DNA from: Ignisphaera sp.
GTDB lineage: Archaea > Thermoproteota > Thermoprotei_A > Sulfolobales > Ignisphaeraceae
Assembly (NCBI GenBank): GCA_038889075.1
Contig: JAWAHS010000001.1
Coordinates: 32,001 to 96,000 of the forward strand
DNA: 64,000 nt
Direction of reading: 5' to 3'
Position numbers and translations under genes: made by a program. Shown in pieces: positions 61,743 to 64,000 of this stretch. The notes under the pieces are model-generated. The model was given only the letters and a program-made list of their open reading frames with translations, ran no database searches and had not been told where the DNA came from. The stretch's first letter is position 1. Each line of letters starts with the position of its first letter.

Positions 61743-62396
61743 ATGACTATGCGTCTAGTTTTTATAGGACCTCCGGGTGTGGGAAAGGGTACCTATGCTA
61801 AAATGATTTCAGGAAAGTACAAAATTCCTCATATATCTACTGGAGATATTTTTAGAGAAGAAATGGCTAAAGCATCAGAGATCGGCCTAAAGGTAAAATA
61901 CTATGTTGAGAGAGGCTTGCTAGTCCCAGATGACATCGTTATAGAGGTGGTAAGAAACGTTCTACAGAGACCTGAATGTAAGAGAGGATTTATATTGGAC
62001 GGCTTTCCGAGGACAGTGAGACAAGCTGAGGAGCTAGATAAGATAACAGTATTGGATGCGGCGCTTCTCTTCGATGCACCTATTCAAATCATTATAGAGA
62101 GGGTATCGGGGAGGCTTGTATGTCCAAACTGTGGTGCAATATATAATATTTCTTGGAAGCCGCCCAAAAAACCTGGAATATGTGATGTATGTGGGTCGGC
62201 ACTTATTAGAAGAAAGGATGACGAACCAGATGTGATTAGAGCAAGATATGAAATATATCGTCAAACATTTGCACCAGTGATAGAATACTATAGGGATAAG
62301 GGAATATTAATTGAAGTTTATGCAGGACGCGAAGCACCAGAAGTTGTAAGTGAGGTGGAGAAAATATTGAGAGAAAAGAAAATCATAATAGAGTAG
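61743..62396 (+). CDS. adk: Adenylate kinase, bacterial-type with zinc lid
   Basis: GPPGVGKGT, HISTGDIFR, LVPD, GFILDGFPRT, CPNC..CDVC lid, RKDD. Confidence 0.95.
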   Translation: MTMRLVFIGPPGVGKGTYAKMISGKYKIPHISTGDIFREEMAKASEIGLKVKYYVERGLLVPDDIVIEVVRNVLQRPECKRGFILDGFPRTVRQAEELDKITVLDAALLFDAPIQIIIERVSGRLVCPNCGAIYNISWKPPKKPGICDVCGSALIRRKDDEPDVIRARYEIYRQTFAPVIEYYRDKGILIEVYAGREAPEVVSEVEKILREKKIIIE

Positions 62397-62473
62397 AATA
62401 TTTTACTTAGAAATGGTATTACGCAAGTCCTTTGGATGCAATGCTATCAGTAGAAGGAAATTAGGGAGTTGAA

Positions 62474-62707
62474 CTGCAACTGAACAATTTATCTCTAAAT
62501 AAAGAAAGGAGGAATGCATTTAAACCTGTTATAGATTATATAATATGCAATAATTGCACAACGTGTATCGATCTCTGCAAATATAAAGCTATATATATCG
62601 ATAGCGTTGATGGATACGTAAAGATGGACTATGCCAAATGTAAGGAATGTGGAATATGTGTGAAGGTATGCCCATATGGGGCAATAAAGTATTATAGAAA
62701 GAAATGA
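62474..62707 (+). CDS. 2x[4Fe-4S] ferredoxin-like protein, missed by the ORF track; start uncertain
   Basis: FKPVIDYIICNNCTTCIDLCKYKAI..VKMDYAKCKECGICVKVCPYGAI, stop 62705-07. No in-frame ATG/GTG/TTG between TAG 62462 and the domain. Confidence 0.8.
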   Translation: MQLNNLSLNKERRNAFKPVIDYIICNNCTTCIDLCKYKAIYIDSVDGYVKMDYAKCKECGICVKVCPYGAIKYYRKK

Positions 62708-62715
62708 AAATGCGA

Positions 62716-62769
62716 TCAGTGGGTGCCGACAACATCATTTAGTGTCAGTGCGGACTAACTACTCATCAC
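62716..62769 (-). ncRNA. Box C/D guide sRNA
   Basis: Minus strand: GTGATGA-gtagttagtccgca-CTGA-cactaa-ATGATGT-tgtcggcaccca-CTGA, 10 nt after the lhr stop. Confidence 0.8.
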
Positions 62770-62778
62770 ATCCTCTAT

Positions 62779-64000
62779 TTAATGTCCAACAGGTATAGTT
62801 ATTGTAGCACTGCTTTTATTCTCTATGGTTTTTTTAACCATGTCTTGCAATTTTGCTATAAGCCTTCTCTTATCATCCATTAAAACTACATCGCTATATC
62901 CGTATGCAATAATACCATGGGCAAATGGGCTTGGAGCATAGTGGCTATATATTATGTCTACAGATATTTCACCACGTTCAATTTTTTCAATAACATCTCT
63001 AGCGTGTGTGAGGTCCATGACATCCTCAAGTATTTCTCTATAGGTTTCTTCAATTATTGGAAAGTTAGGGAAGGATTCCACGATTTGAATAAGTTTCTCG
63101 GAATTTATCTGTCTTCTAGTTAAAGAGACGTCAACGCCCTTATACCTTCTAAGTAGCATGAAAGATCTTTCTGCACAGTGTCTAAATCTCTTCTTAAATA
63201 ACTCCGTTCTTCTAATAGCCTTACGGGCAATTTCTTCAACATTATCTGGTTTGACATATCTCACAACCTCTTCAATTGTTTTTCTATCAATGTTTGTAGA
63301 GATTGTTAGCATAAAACCGTTGTCTGTTACGGTAATCTTAACGCTTTCGCCAATGATAGACGCAAGTGTGTATGCATATACACGAGAGAGCACATCGTTA
63401 ACCCGTCTACCAAATAGTGAATGAAATATTATGTTAGTGGCCCCTTTTTCATTATCAGACCATAATTCGATTAGTATATTGGTATCTGATGGAATCTTTC
63501 CATCTGTAAATAGTATTTGCTGATAAATATAGTCATAAATGTACTCAGCAGCGTGTATTTCCACTCCGTATGTATCTACAATCCATTTAGTAACCATTTC
63601 CCTAGGTAAGTGGTTTATCATGTCAGCTATACTCTTTCTGAATCTGCCCACTTCTAGGGCAGAATCATAAGCGAGAGGTAGCATCTCTGAGAACCATGTA
63701 GGAACAGTAGGGCGTTCGCCTTCAGCAGGTTCAACAATTACCAGTGTTGGTTGTATTGCTAAAACTCTATATGTTTTACCACCAAGTACTATTATATCAT
63801 TAGGTGATAGAATCTCTACAAAGCCTTCCTCAAGATCGCCGACATACTGTTTTTTACCGTTTAAGAGAGATACCACAGAAATCTTGGCCTCATCAGGTAT
63901 TGTACCAACATTTAATTGGTATATCATCCTAGAACCCCTTCTTTTACCGATGACTCGTGTCGACTCATCGTATCTAATCTTTGCATATACATTATAGTCC
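62779..64000 (-). CDS. lhr: Lhr-family ATP-dependent helicase, C-terminal part (continues beyond window)
   Basis: NVGTIPD, VGDLEEGF, PTVPTWFSE, HSLFGRRVN, DNGF, ETYREILED, PSPFA. Confidence 0.93.
   Translation of the reverse strand, partial: DYNVYAKIRYDESTRVIGKRRGSRMIYQLNVGTIPDEAKISVVSLLNGKKQYVGDLEEGFVEILSPNDIIVLGGKTYRVLAIQPTLVIVEPAEGERPTVPTWFSEMLPLAYDSALEVGRFRKSIADMINHLPREMVTKWIVDTYGVEIHAAEYIYDYIYQQILFTDGKIPSDTNILIELWSDNEKGATNIIFHSLFGRRVNDVLSRVYAYTLASIIGESVKITVTDNGFMLTISTNIDRKTIEEVVRYVKPDNVEEIARKAIRRTELFKKRFRHCAERSFMLLRRYKGVDVSLTRRQINSEKLIQIVESFPNFPIIEETYREILEDVMDLTHARDVIEKIERGEISVDIIYSHYAPSPFAHGIIAYGYSDVVLMDDKRRLIAKLQDMVKKTIENKSSATITIPVGH

Noticed and set aside
61321-62779. Integrated element at tRNA-Arg
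   Set aside because: No integrase and no duplicated tRNA 3' end (att site) seen in the window.

Overview
AT-rich, gene-dense core chromosomal segment of a hyperthermophilic crenarchaeon, most consistent with Desulfurococcales and possibly Ignisphaera-like (inferred from PolB1, thermosome, Rpo6, a Cren7-family protein, crenarchaeal-type arginine decarboxylase and Tes). All family assignments come from motif recognition; no database search was run. The window holds about 55 genes, mostly housekeeping: LeuRS, CysRS, AlaRS, class II RNR, topoisomerase IA, enolase, PPDK, Cdc48, NucS, Lhr and several tRNA-modification enzymes, plus tRNA-Arg(TCT). There is no CRISPR array, intact transposon, provirus or intein. 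Features the ORF track does not explain: five clear box C/D guide sRNAs, including probable guides for tRNA G10 and tRNA-Lys U34; a decayed IS607 tnpA; a 2x[4Fe-4S] ferredoxin with no canonical in-frame start; an exact 37-bp copy of nrdJ coding sequence upstream of nrdJ; and nucleotide-identical tracts shared by the two Cdc48 AAA domains. The best candidates for an undescribed system are (i) a tandem double-Hfq/Sm-like protein translationally coupled to a THUMP protein, (ii) a three-gene cluster upstream of the thermosome with an apparently inactive TtuA/Ncs6 paralog and a CxxC-less thioredoxin-fold protein, and (iii) the nrdJ 37-bp duplication.
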